Source: Candidatus Rokuibacteriota bacterium
Lineage (GTDB): Bacteria; Methylomirabilota; Methylomirabilia; Rokubacteriales; DASRDR01
Length of the DNA stretch: 31,620 nt
Reading direction: 5' to 3'
Assembly: GCA_044866005.1 (NCBI GenBank)
Contig: JBIOTN010000238.1
Span: forward strand, 1 to 31,620
Shown here: in pieces, positions 9,151 through 17,455 of the stretch
Layout: every line of letters starts with the position of its first letter
Numbering within the stretch: position 1 is the stretch's first letter
Translations under genes and position numbers: made by a program
The notes under the pieces: model-generated
Database searches by the model: none
What the model was told of the DNA's origin: nothing
What the model saw: only the letters and a program-made list of their open reading frames with translations

Positions 9151-9775
9151 CGGCGGCTCGCTCGCGCAGCTGGCGCAGGAACTGATCGGGTGGAGTGAAG
9201 AACGGGTTCTCCTGAAGGACGCCGCCGATCAGGGCCACGGGGTGAGTCCGGAGGATGTCCATCACGACGCCTGCGCCAAACTTGGCGAGATCGTACGTTC
9301 AGAACACTGGATCCGGGTACTTCGGGAGGACGTAATTGAGTCGAGTCTCGTACTCGACGAGATCGTCCACACCCGGGCGGTCCTCGAGCGCCCACTCCAT
9401 GTGGGCGACCAGCCGCGTTCGCGGGAAGGCCCGGTCGCCGAGCACCTCCTGGATGAGCGCCAGCATGGCGTCCTGGTCGAACCGGCCGTCGCGCAGGTAG
9501 GCATCTTCCCACTTGCGTACCTCGAGCTGACCCCGGCGCTGGGCAGTCTCGACGTCGATGCCCACCGCCGCCAGCCGGGCCAGGTGGTCGTCGCGCAACC
9601 GGGGATCCACGATGTGGAAGGCCCTCTCGCCGAGCTCGAGGCCCTCCTCGATGAACGGGAGCAGAACCCCGTACTCCTCATCCCGCGTGTTGAAGAACGC
9701 GCAGATGTGACGATCGCGCCCGAGCCGCGCTCCCCCGAAGGTGATCGGCTGCTCGCTCGCGTCTCTGGTTAGCAT
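9134..9775 (-). CDS. MEDS domain sensor protein with an in-frame TGA (9299-9301), probable selenocysteine
   Basis: HICAFF and LVEYETRLN motifs; the frame continues past TGA as PVF-U-TYDLAKFGAGVVMDILRTHPVALIGGVLQENPFF... to TGA 9134-9136; start could be 9775, 9781 or 9799. Confidence 0.8.
9263..9295 (-). promoter_or_regulatory. Putative bacterial SECIS element
   Basis: UGA + 11 nt + CGCCA-AGUU-UGGCG (9287-9274), extended by a lower stem UACGAU/GUCGUG; G at loop position 2. Confidence 0.65.
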
Positions 9776-10079
9776 GGCCATCCTCGCTTCCGGCGTCATC
9801 GACCAGGATCCCGGATTACCGCCCGGCCAGGCCCACCCGCGGGCCAGTCGGCATCACACCAGCGATCAATCATTCATCACCTTCGGCAAGGCGCCTTGGA
9901 GAAGCCATCGGATGAGTCAATCGGCGAGCGGAGATCCTCCTGGTGATCCGGTGGTGGCTGCACACTCGAGCCGCGCGCGATCCTCCCGGCGGGCTCGACA
10001 CCCGCTCCTCCTTCGGCCTGGCTCCGGCCCGGGTACTCCCAAGTGGGTATGATACCGCAAGTCTACCCATACAGGTGCT

Positions 10080-10136
10080 CTGAAGGCGGGCCTCGGCCAG
10101 CCCTACCAGTGGGGCGTCCTGGAGCGCGATGCCTGA
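10080..10136 (+). pseudogene. C-terminal remnant of a ParD-like antitoxin
   Basis: LKAGLGQPYQWGVLERDA* overlaps the toxin ATG (ATGCCTGA); no start codon before the in-frame TGA at 10050. Confidence 0.45.
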
Positions 10137-10326
10137 CCGGCCGGCCGAGCGCGTGCCGAAGACTGGCGCCCTGCAGGGCGTCCGCGTGGTGAAGTTCAAA
10201 GTGGGCACCCAGCAACTCCTGCTGGCCTATCAGTTAGACTCCAGACTGAACCGGATCGAGGTGCTCGACGTCGGACCGCACGAGAACTTCTATCGGGACC
10301 TTCAGAAGTATCTCGACGCGCGGTAG
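10129..10326 (+). pseudogene. RelE/ParE-family toxin, shortened (65 aa), probably internally deleted
   Basis: KTGALQGVRVVKFK...LLLAY...VGPHENFYRDLQKY matches the ParE-like toxin C-terminal half; N-terminal helices missing. Confidence 0.7.
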
Positions 10327-10471
10327 CCCGCTCGCTCAAGATCCTCCAGGGCGCACTTGGTGGTCTCTGGGAGGTCGTCGAGCACAGTGTCGGGGGGTGA
10401 GGCTCTGCGGGCGAGGATCGGAGCCCAGGCCGAGGTGTTGAAGGGTCTCCATCCGGCGGCCTCGACTCGGA

Positions 10472-10897
10472 TCAGGGCACGCGGCGGAGGTTCTTTCGGG
10501 TCGCCTTTCGCCTGACCAGCTTCAAGCCGGACCACACGTCGTCGATGGCGCACACCTTGACGTCCACGAGCCCCATCGGCAACGCCAGTTCCCGGATCGT
10601 CTCCTCGGTCACGTCGGTTGGCACGCGTGAGCTCTTCTTCGGCCAGGACACCCAGATCGTGCCATCTGCCCTGAGCTTCGCGAGCGAACGCTGCAGGGCG
10701 TCCCGCAACCGTACCCTGCTGGTCGAGAAGATGTGGACGATATCGGTCGCTGCGGTGAGTCGTGCCACGACCTGCGCGCCGTCAGGCAGCGGCGTCAGCA
10801 GGTGCAGGTAGTTCTCCGGCGCATCGGACAGAAATATCCGGCTCTGGCTCCCGATGCCGAGCTTCTCCGCCAGCGACCGGCCCGAGTACCCGGTCAT
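10472..10897 (-). CDS. DUF3052-family protein
   Basis: GYSGRSLAEKLGI, WVSWPKKSS and LVDVKVCAIDDVWSGLKLV motifs. Confidence 0.85.
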   Translation of the reverse strand: MTGYSGRSLAEKLGIGSQSRIFLSDAPENYLHLLTPLPDGAQVVARLTAATDIVHIFSTSRVRLRDALQRSLAKLRADGTIWVSWPKKSSRVPTDVTEETIRELALPMGLVDVKVCAIDDVWSGLKLVRRKATRKNLRRVP

Positions 10898-10928
10898 GCC
10901 GGGGCGAGCTCTGCGGCGCGGGGAGACG

Positions 10929-11300
10929 TCAGAGCTGGGCCTTGCGGTAGGAGCGCTTCGCGGTGATCTGGCCGTCCCGCAGGGTCAGGATGTCGCAGCC
11001 GTGGACCTCGAAGCGGGTCCCGCCGCGCGGCGTCCCGGTGGTGACCCACTCGATGACGGCGTGGGTGGGGCAGGCGAAATGCCGGGTCTCCTCCCAGTGG
11101 ACGTCGGGGATCCGCCGCAGGATCTCGGCCACCTGCTCGCGCACGGCGGCGCGGCCGACCGCCCGCGTGCCCCAGGGCTCCTTGCCGAACGAGGCCTCGA
11201 ACACGACGTCGTCGGTCATCATCGCCATGATGCCGTCGAGGTCGTGGCCGTTCCAGACCGTGTTGAAGCGCGTCACGAACGCTTCGCCGTCGAATCCCAT
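10929..11300 (-). CDS. SnoaL-like / NTF2-family protein
   Basis: FNTVWNGHDLDGIMAMMTDDVVF, GRAAVRE and GCDILTLRDGQI; GGAGG before ATG 11300. Confidence 0.88.
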   Translation of the reverse strand: MGFDGEAFVTRFNTVWNGHDLDGIMAMMTDDVVFEASFGKEPWGTRAVGRAAVREQVAEILRRIPDVHWEETRHFACPTHAVIEWVTTGTPRGGTRFEVHGCDILTLRDGQITAKRSYRKAQL

Positions 11301-11320
11301 ACCGCTTCCTCCTTGCTCAG

Positions 11321-12208
11321 TTAGAGTCCGGCCGCGGCGACGGCGCGGCTCAGGTTCGCGAAGCCCATCCGCGCGTAGGTGAGCGGGTGGGCGACGGCCG
11401 GATCCTGCTCGGCCTCGACCACGAGCCACCCCGCGTAGCCGGCCGACCGCAGGACGCGCATCAGGCCGGCGAAGTCCACGCACCCGTCGCCCGGCACGGT
11501 GAAGGCGCCGGCCACGACCGCATCGAGAAAGTTCAGGTCACGCCGGCGCGCCTCGGCGAGGACGGCCGGGCGCACGTCCTTGCAGTGGACGTGGAAGACC
11601 CGCCGGGCATGGCGCCGCGCCACCGCGAGGACGTCGGCGCCTGCGTAGGTCAGATGCCCGGTGTCGAGGAGCAGGCCGACTGCCTCGCCGGTCACGGCCA
11701 TGAGCCGCTCGATTTCGGCCTCGGTTTCCACCACGGTCCCCATGTGGTGGTGGTAGGCGAGCCGCACGCCGCGGGCCGCCAGGTGCTCGGCGACCTCGGT
11801 CAGGGCGTCCCCGAAGGCGCGCCAGTCCCCGGCGCCGAGCGTGGGACGACGGGAGAGCGGAATGCCGCGCCGCTCGTGGACGGCCCCCGTGACCTCGGCG
11901 AAGACCATGACGGAGGAGCCCATCTCCGCGAGCAGCGTCAGGTGGCCATCGGCGGCGGCCAGCTCGTCCTTCACGGCGCGCTCCAGGAGCCGGGACCCGT
12001 ACCAGCCGGACACGAGCGCGAGCCCGTGGCGCGCGAGGATCGGCCGCAGCTCGGCGGCGCGCCGGGGGAACTTCCGGCCCAGCTCGATGCCTTCGTAGCC
12101 GGCCTCGCGCGCCTCGCGGAGGCAGACCTCGAGCGGCGTGTCGCCGCCGAGCTCCTCCAGGTCGTCGTTGGTCCAGCCGATCGGGTTGACCCCGATCTGT
12201 ACCGCCAT
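11321..12208 (-). CDS. iolE: myo-inosose-2 dehydratase
   Basis: NPIGWTNDD, YHHHMGT, LLDTGH, HVHCKD, FTVPGDG and VEAEQDP motifs; start ATG 12208. Confidence 0.93.
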   Translation of the reverse strand: MAVQIGVNPIGWTNDDLEELGGDTPLEVCLREAREAGYEGIELGRKFPRRAAELRPILARHGLALVSGWYGSRLLERAVKDELAAADGHLTLLAEMGSSVMVFAEVTGAVHERRGIPLSRRPTLGAGDWRAFGDALTEVAEHLAARGVRLAYHHHMGTVVETEAEIERLMAVTGEAVGLLLDTGHLTYAGADVLAVARRHARRVFHVHCKDVRPAVLAEARRRDLNFLDAVVAGAFTVPGDGCVDFAGLMRVLRSAGYAGWLVVEAEQDPAVAHPLTYARMGFANLSRAVAAAGL

Positions 12209-12302
12209 GGCTAGCCTGGATGAGTCGCCGTGACGCGACAGGGCCGAGAGGACAGCGCGACCACGCCGCGCCACGGCGCCGCGGGTGGCGCCGGCCGGGG
12301 GG

Positions 12303-12366
12303 CGCCCCACGCGACGAGGCGGGGGGTCCCCCACACCGGGCGGGGGGTGCCGAGGCGCGTGGGGCG
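12303..12366. repeat. GC-rich intergenic palindrome (REP-like)
   Basis: 11-bp inverted repeat CGCCCCACGCG / CGCGTGGGGCG enclosing two copies of GGCGGGGGGT. Confidence 0.45.
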
Positions 12367-12410
12367 AGGCCGGCGACAGGACCCGCGGCGCGGGGCCGCT
12401 CCGCGCACTG

Positions 12411-14249
12411 TCAGGACCCCAATCTTTGGCGGCGGCGGGCCTCCGCCCAGCGCGCGTGGGCCTCGCGCACCTCGGCGCGCGGCGAGACCTCCGGCACCGG
12501 CACGTCCCACCAGGCGCCGCCGATCGTCGTCGGCGCGGCCGGGTCCGTCTCGATCACGACGACCGCGGTGCGGTCGGCCGCCCGGGCGCGGGCGAGCGCC
12601 GCCTCGAGGTCGGCGATGCTCTTGATCTGCTCCGCCAGGGCGCCGAGGCTCCGCGCGTGGGCGGCGAAGTCGATGGCGGGCGACACGCCCTCGCCCAGCA
12701 TGTTGCCGAAGGGCGCGCCGCCGCACGCCTGCTGGAGGCGGTGGATGCAGGCGTAGCCGTGGTTGTCGAGCACCACGACGACCAGCTTCTTCCCCATCGC
12801 CACCGACGTGGCGATCTCCGAGTTCAGCATGAGGTAGCTGCCGTCGCCGACCATCACGAAGACCTGGTCGTCGGGGCGCGCGAGCTTCACGCCGAGCCCG
12901 CCGGCGATCTCGTAGCCCATGCAGGAGTAGCCGTACTCGAGGTGGTAGCCGCCGGGCGCCGGGGTCCGCCAGAGCTTGTGGAGCTCGCCCGGCAGCCCGC
13001 CGGCCGCGCAGACGACCACGTCCCGCGGCCCGGCCGCGCGGTTGACGGCGCCGATCACCTGGGCCTCCGTCGGCGGCACGCCGGCGCCCGCGGCGGTGAC
13101 CCCGTCCACGGCGCGCTGCCAGTCGTCCGCCAGGCGCCGCGCCGTGGCGCTCCACGCCTCCGGCGCGCGCCAGGCGCCGAGCGCCGCGCCGAGGTCGGCG
13201 AGCCCGCGGCGCGCATCGGCGACGACGGGGACCGCGCCGTGCTTGCGCGCGTCGAAGCGCGTCACGTTGAGGCCGATCAGCGTCAGCTCCGGGTGCTGGA
13301 AGAGCGCGCGCGAGCCGGTCGCGAAGTCGCCGAGGCGGGTCCCCACGGCCAGCACGACGTCGGCCTCGGCGGCGAGGGCGTTCGCCGCGCTCGCGCCGGT
13401 CACCCCGATCGCGCCGACGGCGCAGGGATGGTCCCAGGGGAGCGCGCCCTTGCCGGCCTGCGTCTCGGCGACGGGGATGGCGTGTCGCTCGGCGAAGGCG
13501 CGGAGCCCGTCCCAGGCGAGCGAGTAGTGGATGCCGCCGCCCGCGACGAGGAGCGGCTTCGCCGCGCGGCGGAGGCGCTCGGCGGCCGCCGCGACCTCGG
13601 CCGGATCGGCCCCGGGGCGCGGCAGGCGATGGACCCGCGGCTCGAAGAAGCGCTCGGGGTAGTCGGAGGCCTCGGCCTGCGTGTCCTGCGGCAAGGCCAG
13701 CGTCACCGGTCCACAGGCGGCCGGGTCCAGGAGCACGTCCACGGCCGCCGGCAGGCTCGTCAGGAGCTGCTCCGGGCGGGTCAGGCGGTCCCAGTAGCGC
13801 GAGACCGGCCGGAGGCAGTCGTTCGCGGTCACGGTGGGGTCGCCGAAGGCCTCGACCTGCTGGAGCACGGGGTCGGGGCGGCGGCTCGCGAAGACGTCGC
13901 CGGGGAGCAGCAGGACGGGCAGGCGGTTGACGTGCGCGACGGCGGCCGCGGTGACCAGGTTGGTCGCGCCCGGCCCGATCGAGGTCGTGCAGGCCATGAC
14001 CTGCCGCCGGGCGCGCGCCTTGGCGAAGGCGATCGCGGCGTGCGCCATGGCCTGCTCGTTGTGGGCGCGGAGGGTCGGCAAGGCCGCGCGCGCGGCGTGG
14101 AGGGCCTCGCCGAGGCCGGCGACGTTGCCGTGCCCGAAGATGGCCCAGACCCCGGCCACCAGCGGCGCGTCCCGGCCGTCCACCTCGCTCCGCTGGGCAC
14201 AGAGGTACTTCACGAGCGCCTGTGCCATCGTGAGTCGGATCGTTGCCAT
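12411..14249 (-). CDS. iolD: 3D-(3,5/4)-trihydroxycyclohexane-1,2-dione acylhydrolase (TPP-dependent)
   Basis: IRLTMAQAL, IFGHGNVAG, HNEQAMAHAA, YHLEYGYSCMGYEIAGG and GDGSYLM; GAGGAG before ATG 14249. Confidence 0.95.
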   Translation of the reverse strand: MATIRLTMAQALVKYLCAQRSEVDGRDAPLVAGVWAIFGHGNVAGLGEALHAARAALPTLRAHNEQAMAHAAIAFAKARARRQVMACTTSIGPGATNLVTAAAVAHVNRLPVLLLPGDVFASRRPDPVLQQVEAFGDPTVTANDCLRPVSRYWDRLTRPEQLLTSLPAAVDVLLDPAACGPVTLALPQDTQAEASDYPERFFEPRVHRLPRPGADPAEVAAAAERLRRAAKPLLVAGGGIHYSLAWDGLRAFAERHAIPVAETQAGKGALPWDHPCAVGAIGVTGASAANALAAEADVVLAVGTRLGDFATGSRALFQHPELTLIGLNVTRFDARKHGAVPVVADARRGLADLGAALGAWRAPEAWSATARRLADDWQRAVDGVTAAGAGVPPTEAQVIGAVNRAAGPRDVVVCAAGGLPGELHKLWRTPAPGGYHLEYGYSCMGYEIAGGLGVKLARPDDQVFVMVGDGSYLMLNSEIATSVAMGKKLVVVVLDNHGYACIHRLQQACGGAPFGNMLGEGVSPAIDFAAHARSLGALAEQIKSIADLEAALARARAADRTAVVVIETDPAAPTTIGGAWWDVPVPEVSPRAEVREAHARWAEARRRQRLGS

Positions 14250-14286
14250 CGCTCGCACTCCTCAGGCTCCGGAGGCAGGTGGGACC

Positions 14287-14335
14287 TTGACGCCGTCTGT
14301 CGAAGCAATCTAGCATGCGCCGTGGGCGGCGTCGA
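14287..14335. promoter_or_regulatory. Overlapping divergent sigma70-like promoters
   Basis: Plus: TTGACG 14287-14292, 18 nt, TAGCAT 14311-14316. Minus: TCGACG 14335-14330, 17 nt, TAGATT 14312-14307 with an upstream TG. Confidence 0.45.
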
Positions 14336-14372
14336 CGAGCGCGCGAAGGGCAAGAGACCGGGGGAGGGAGCC

Positions 14373-15719
14373 ATGGACAGAGGCGTAGACGAGCGGGTGC
14401 CCCAGGCGCCGGTGAGCCGGCGGAGCTTCGTGAAGGTGGCGGCGGGCGCGATGGCCGGGATGGCCGCCGGGATCGGGCGCCCCGGCCCGGCCCGGGCCCA
14501 GCGCCGCCCGGTTACCCTCAAGGTGCTCGCGCGGGACTACACGCTTCGCCTCGATTCGCCGTGGCGGACGGGGGCGGCCGAGCTGAAACGCCGCCATCCG
14601 GAGCTCGAGATCAACGTCGAGCTGGAGGGGTCGCCCTACAACGATCAGCGCCGCAAGGCGCTGATCTCGACCCAGGCCGGCCACGGCGCCGACGTCATCC
14701 AGATGGACAACATCTGGCTCGGCGAGTTCGCCGAGGGCGGGATCGTCCAGGACGTCACCGCGCGCTTCAACGCCTGGAAAGACAAAGAGGACGTGCCGCC
14801 CGTCTTCGTCCGGACCGCGTCGTGGAAGGAGCGCGTCCACGGGCTCTGGCTCAACTCGGACGTCCGGCTCCTCCACTGGAACAAGAAGGTCTTCAAGAAG
14901 TTCGGCCTCGACCCCAACCGGCCGCCGCAGACGTGGGACGAGCTGGCCGCCATGGCGGCCCGGTGCACGAGCCCGCCCAATAGCTGGGGCTACGTCTTCC
15001 CGGGCGGGCAGGCCGAGGAGACCGTGGACCGCTGGCTGGTCTTCCTCTACCAGCTCGGCGGCTCGGCCCTGAGCCCCGACAACAGTCGGGCCGCCTTCAA
15101 CAGCGAGGCGGGCGTGCGCGCGCTCCAGTTCCTCGCGGACCTCGTCAACAAGCACAAGGTCACGCCCCGGGACATCCTCGGCTCGAACCAGGACGAGCTG
15201 ACGAACGTGCTGGTGACGAGCGACCGGTTCGCCATGGGCGTGGTGGTGGGCACGGGCTTCCGCCCGGGCGGCACGACCGAGTACAAGACGCCGGAGGAGT
15301 TCGCCGAGGTCCGGGGGGCGACCGTCTTCCCGACGCCCGCCGGCGGGCGGAAGGCCACGGTGATGGGCGGCTGGATCCTGACGATCGGGCGGAACAGCGC
15401 CAACCCGGACCTGGCGTGGGAGTACATGACGATCGTGACCAGCGAGCCCAACGCCCGGGAATTCTGGCAGAAGCAGCAACGGGTGCCGACGCGGAAGGCC
15501 GCCTTCGAGGGCGTCGCCGCCTACGCCCGGGTCATGCCCTATTTCGACCAGATCGCCGAGTCGGTGCCGGTGGCGCGCCTCGCGCCGCAGGTGCCCCAGT
15601 ATCCGAGCTTTCTCCCGTTCATGATCACCGCCATTCAGCGGACGCTCTCGGGAGAGATGGCGCCCAAGGTGGCGCTCGACGAGGCCGCGGCCCAGACGAA
15701 CGCGCTGTTACAGAAATAA
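14373..15719 (+). CDS. Sugar ABC transporter (CUT1) substrate-binding protein with Tat signal
   Basis: SRRSFVK twin-arginine motif; PPQTWDEL and MGGWILTI; GGAGGGAG before ATG 14373. Confidence 0.92.
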   Translation: MDRGVDERVPQAPVSRRSFVKVAAGAMAGMAAGIGRPGPARAQRRPVTLKVLARDYTLRLDSPWRTGAAELKRRHPELEINVELEGSPYNDQRRKALISTQAGHGADVIQMDNIWLGEFAEGGIVQDVTARFNAWKDKEDVPPVFVRTASWKERVHGLWLNSDVRLLHWNKKVFKKFGLDPNRPPQTWDELAAMAARCTSPPNSWGYVFPGGQAEETVDRWLVFLYQLGGSALSPDNSRAAFNSEAGVRALQFLADLVNKHKVTPRDILGSNQDELTNVLVTSDRFAMGVVVGTGFRPGGTTEYKTPEEFAEVRGATVFPTPAGGRKATVMGGWILTIGRNSANPDLAWEYMTIVTSEPNAREFWQKQQRVPTRKAAFEGVAAYARVMPYFDQIAESVPVARLAPQVPQYPSFLPFMITAIQRTLSGEMAPKVALDEAAAQTNALLQK

Positions 15720-16606
15720 CGGCGGCGCTGCGCCCCCGACTCCTCCCGTACCTGCTGGTGTTCCCGGCCGCCGGCCTGGTGGCCGCGCTCCAGGTCTATC
15801 CGACGCTCGCCGGCATCTGGTACGCCTTCCACGACATCCACCTGGCCCGCCTCCACCAGATGCCGTTTGTCGGCCTGGGCAACTTCGTCCGGGTCCTGAC
15901 GGGGCCGTTCCCCAACCTCGTCGACCCGGTGGCGGCGGTGACGGCGGTGTGGGTCGTCGGCGCCGTCGTCCTCCAGGTGGGTGTCGGCCTGGGACTCGCC
16001 CTGCTCCTCCAGCAGCAGTGGGTGAAGGGCCGGGACTTCTTCCGCAGCCTCTACCTCTTCCCGTGGGTCATCTCCGGGATCGTCGTCGGCTATTCCTGGC
16101 GGTTCATCTTCGATCCGACGGTGGGCCTCCTCAACACGCTGCTGCCGGCCCTCGGGCTCGAGCCGCGGCCGTGGTTGATCAGCGCGCCCCTGGCCATGAC
16201 CGCGCTCCTCGTCGCCGTCACCTGGCGCAGCGCGGGCTACAGCCTGGTCCTCCAGATGGGTGGGCTCCAGTCCATCCCGAGCGAGGTGTACGAGGCGGCC
16301 CGGATGGACGGGGCGGTCGGCCTGCGGCTGCTTCGCCACGTCGTCCTGCCCCTCGTCAAGCCCTTCATCCTGGTCAACCTGGTCACCACGACGGTGGAGG
16401 CCCTGAACACCTTCGACCTCGTCCTCGCGCTCACGCGGGGCGGCCCGCTCTACCGCACGGAGATCGTTTCGCTCTACATGTACCACCAGGCCTTCCAGTG
16501 GGGCTTCCTGGGGAACGCGGCCGCGGTGTCGGTCGTGGTCTACGCCGTCGGGACCCTGCTGATCCTCGGCTACGTCCGACTGCTCCACGAGCGGGAGGCG
16601 TTCTGA
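15716..16606 (+). CDS. Carbohydrate ABC transporter permease (start uncertain)
   Basis: EAA loop IPSEVYEAARMDGA; multiple TM helices; start either ATA 15716, CTG 15728 or GTG 15758. Confidence 0.88.
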   Translation: MTAALRPRLLPYLLVFPAAGLVAALQVYPTLAGIWYAFHDIHLARLHQMPFVGLGNFVRVLTGPFPNLVDPVAAVTAVWVVGAVVLQVGVGLGLALLLQQQWVKGRDFFRSLYLFPWVISGIVVGYSWRFIFDPTVGLLNTLLPALGLEPRPWLISAPLAMTALLVAVTWRSAGYSLVLQMGGLQSIPSEVYEAARMDGAVGLRLLRHVVLPLVKPFILVNLVTTTVEALNTFDLVLALTRGGPLYRTEIVSLYMYHQAFQWGFLGNAAAVSVVVYAVGTLLILGYVRLLHEREAF

Positions 16607-16607
16607 C

Positions 16608-17453
16608 GTGACCGGCGCCCGGGCCGCGCTCCCGTGGACGGGGACGACCTACGCCCTCCTCCTCGCCTACGCCGCCTTCTGCCTGACGCCGCTCCTCTGG
16701 GTCCTCGGCGCGGCCTTCAAGGCGCCGGCCGAGGCCCAGCGCGTGCCGCCGACCCTGCTGCCGTCCGCGCTCCACCTCGACAACTTCCGCGTCGCGTTCA
16801 CCTCGGCCGCGTTCGGCCCGTGGCCGTTCGTGAACAGCGTCGTGTACGCGCTCGGCACCGTCGCCCTGGGGCTCGTCGTCGCCTCGCTCGGGGGATTCGC
16901 CTTCTCGCGCTACCGCTTCGCCGGGGACCGGGTCCTGTTCCTCGCGCTGGTGCTGGCGAACCTGATGCCGGGCGTTGCGAAGCTCGTGCCCCTGTACCTC
17001 ATGTACTCGGCCGCCCGGCTCTACGACACCCGGCTCGGCCTGGTCCTCCTGTTCACGCTCGGCGTGGTGCCCCTCGGCACCTGGATGATGAAGGGGTACT
17101 TCGACCGGATCCCGCGGGAGCTGGAGGAATCGGCCCTGATCGATGGCTGCTCCGCCCTCGGCGCCTTCGGCCGCATCACGCTCCCCCTCGCGGCGCCGGG
17201 GCTCGCCGCGCTCGCCGTGATCGCCTTCGTCGACGCCTGGAACGCGTTCACCTTTCCGCTGATCCTGACCGAGCGCCAGAGCCTCAAGCCCTACACCGTG
17301 GCCGTCTACGGGTTCGTGGGGGAGTACGGAGAGGTGCAGTGGCACCTCGTCTCCGCCGTGGCCGTGGCCTCGGTGCTGCCGCTCCTCGTGCTCTTCGTCG
17401 TCTTCCAGCGCTCGCTGGTGAGCGGGCTGACGGGCGGCGCCGTCAAGACCTGA
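16608..17453 (+). CDS. Carbohydrate ABC transporter permease
   Basis: IPRELEESALIDGCS; C-terminal LVSGLTGGAVK. Confidence 0.93.
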   Translation: MTGARAALPWTGTTYALLLAYAAFCLTPLLWVLGAAFKAPAEAQRVPPTLLPSALHLDNFRVAFTSAAFGPWPFVNSVVYALGTVALGLVVASLGGFAFSRYRFAGDRVLFLALVLANLMPGVAKLVPLYLMYSAARLYDTRLGLVLLFTLGVVPLGTWMMKGYFDRIPRELEESALIDGCSALGAFGRITLPLAAPGLAALAVIAFVDAWNAFTFPLILTERQSLKPYTVAVYGFVGEYGEVQWHLVSAVAVASVLPLLVLFVVFQRSLVSGLTGGAVKT

Positions 17454-17455
17454 GC

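Noticed and set aside
6772..9198. 808-aa plus-strand ORF
   Set aside because: Antisense shadow of the histidine kinase; no motifs, and long shadow ORFs are expected at high GC
12285..14372. Long N-terminal extension of the 1144-aa ORF
   Set aside because: Antisense to iolD; the real protein begins at ATG 14373 with an RBS and Tat signal
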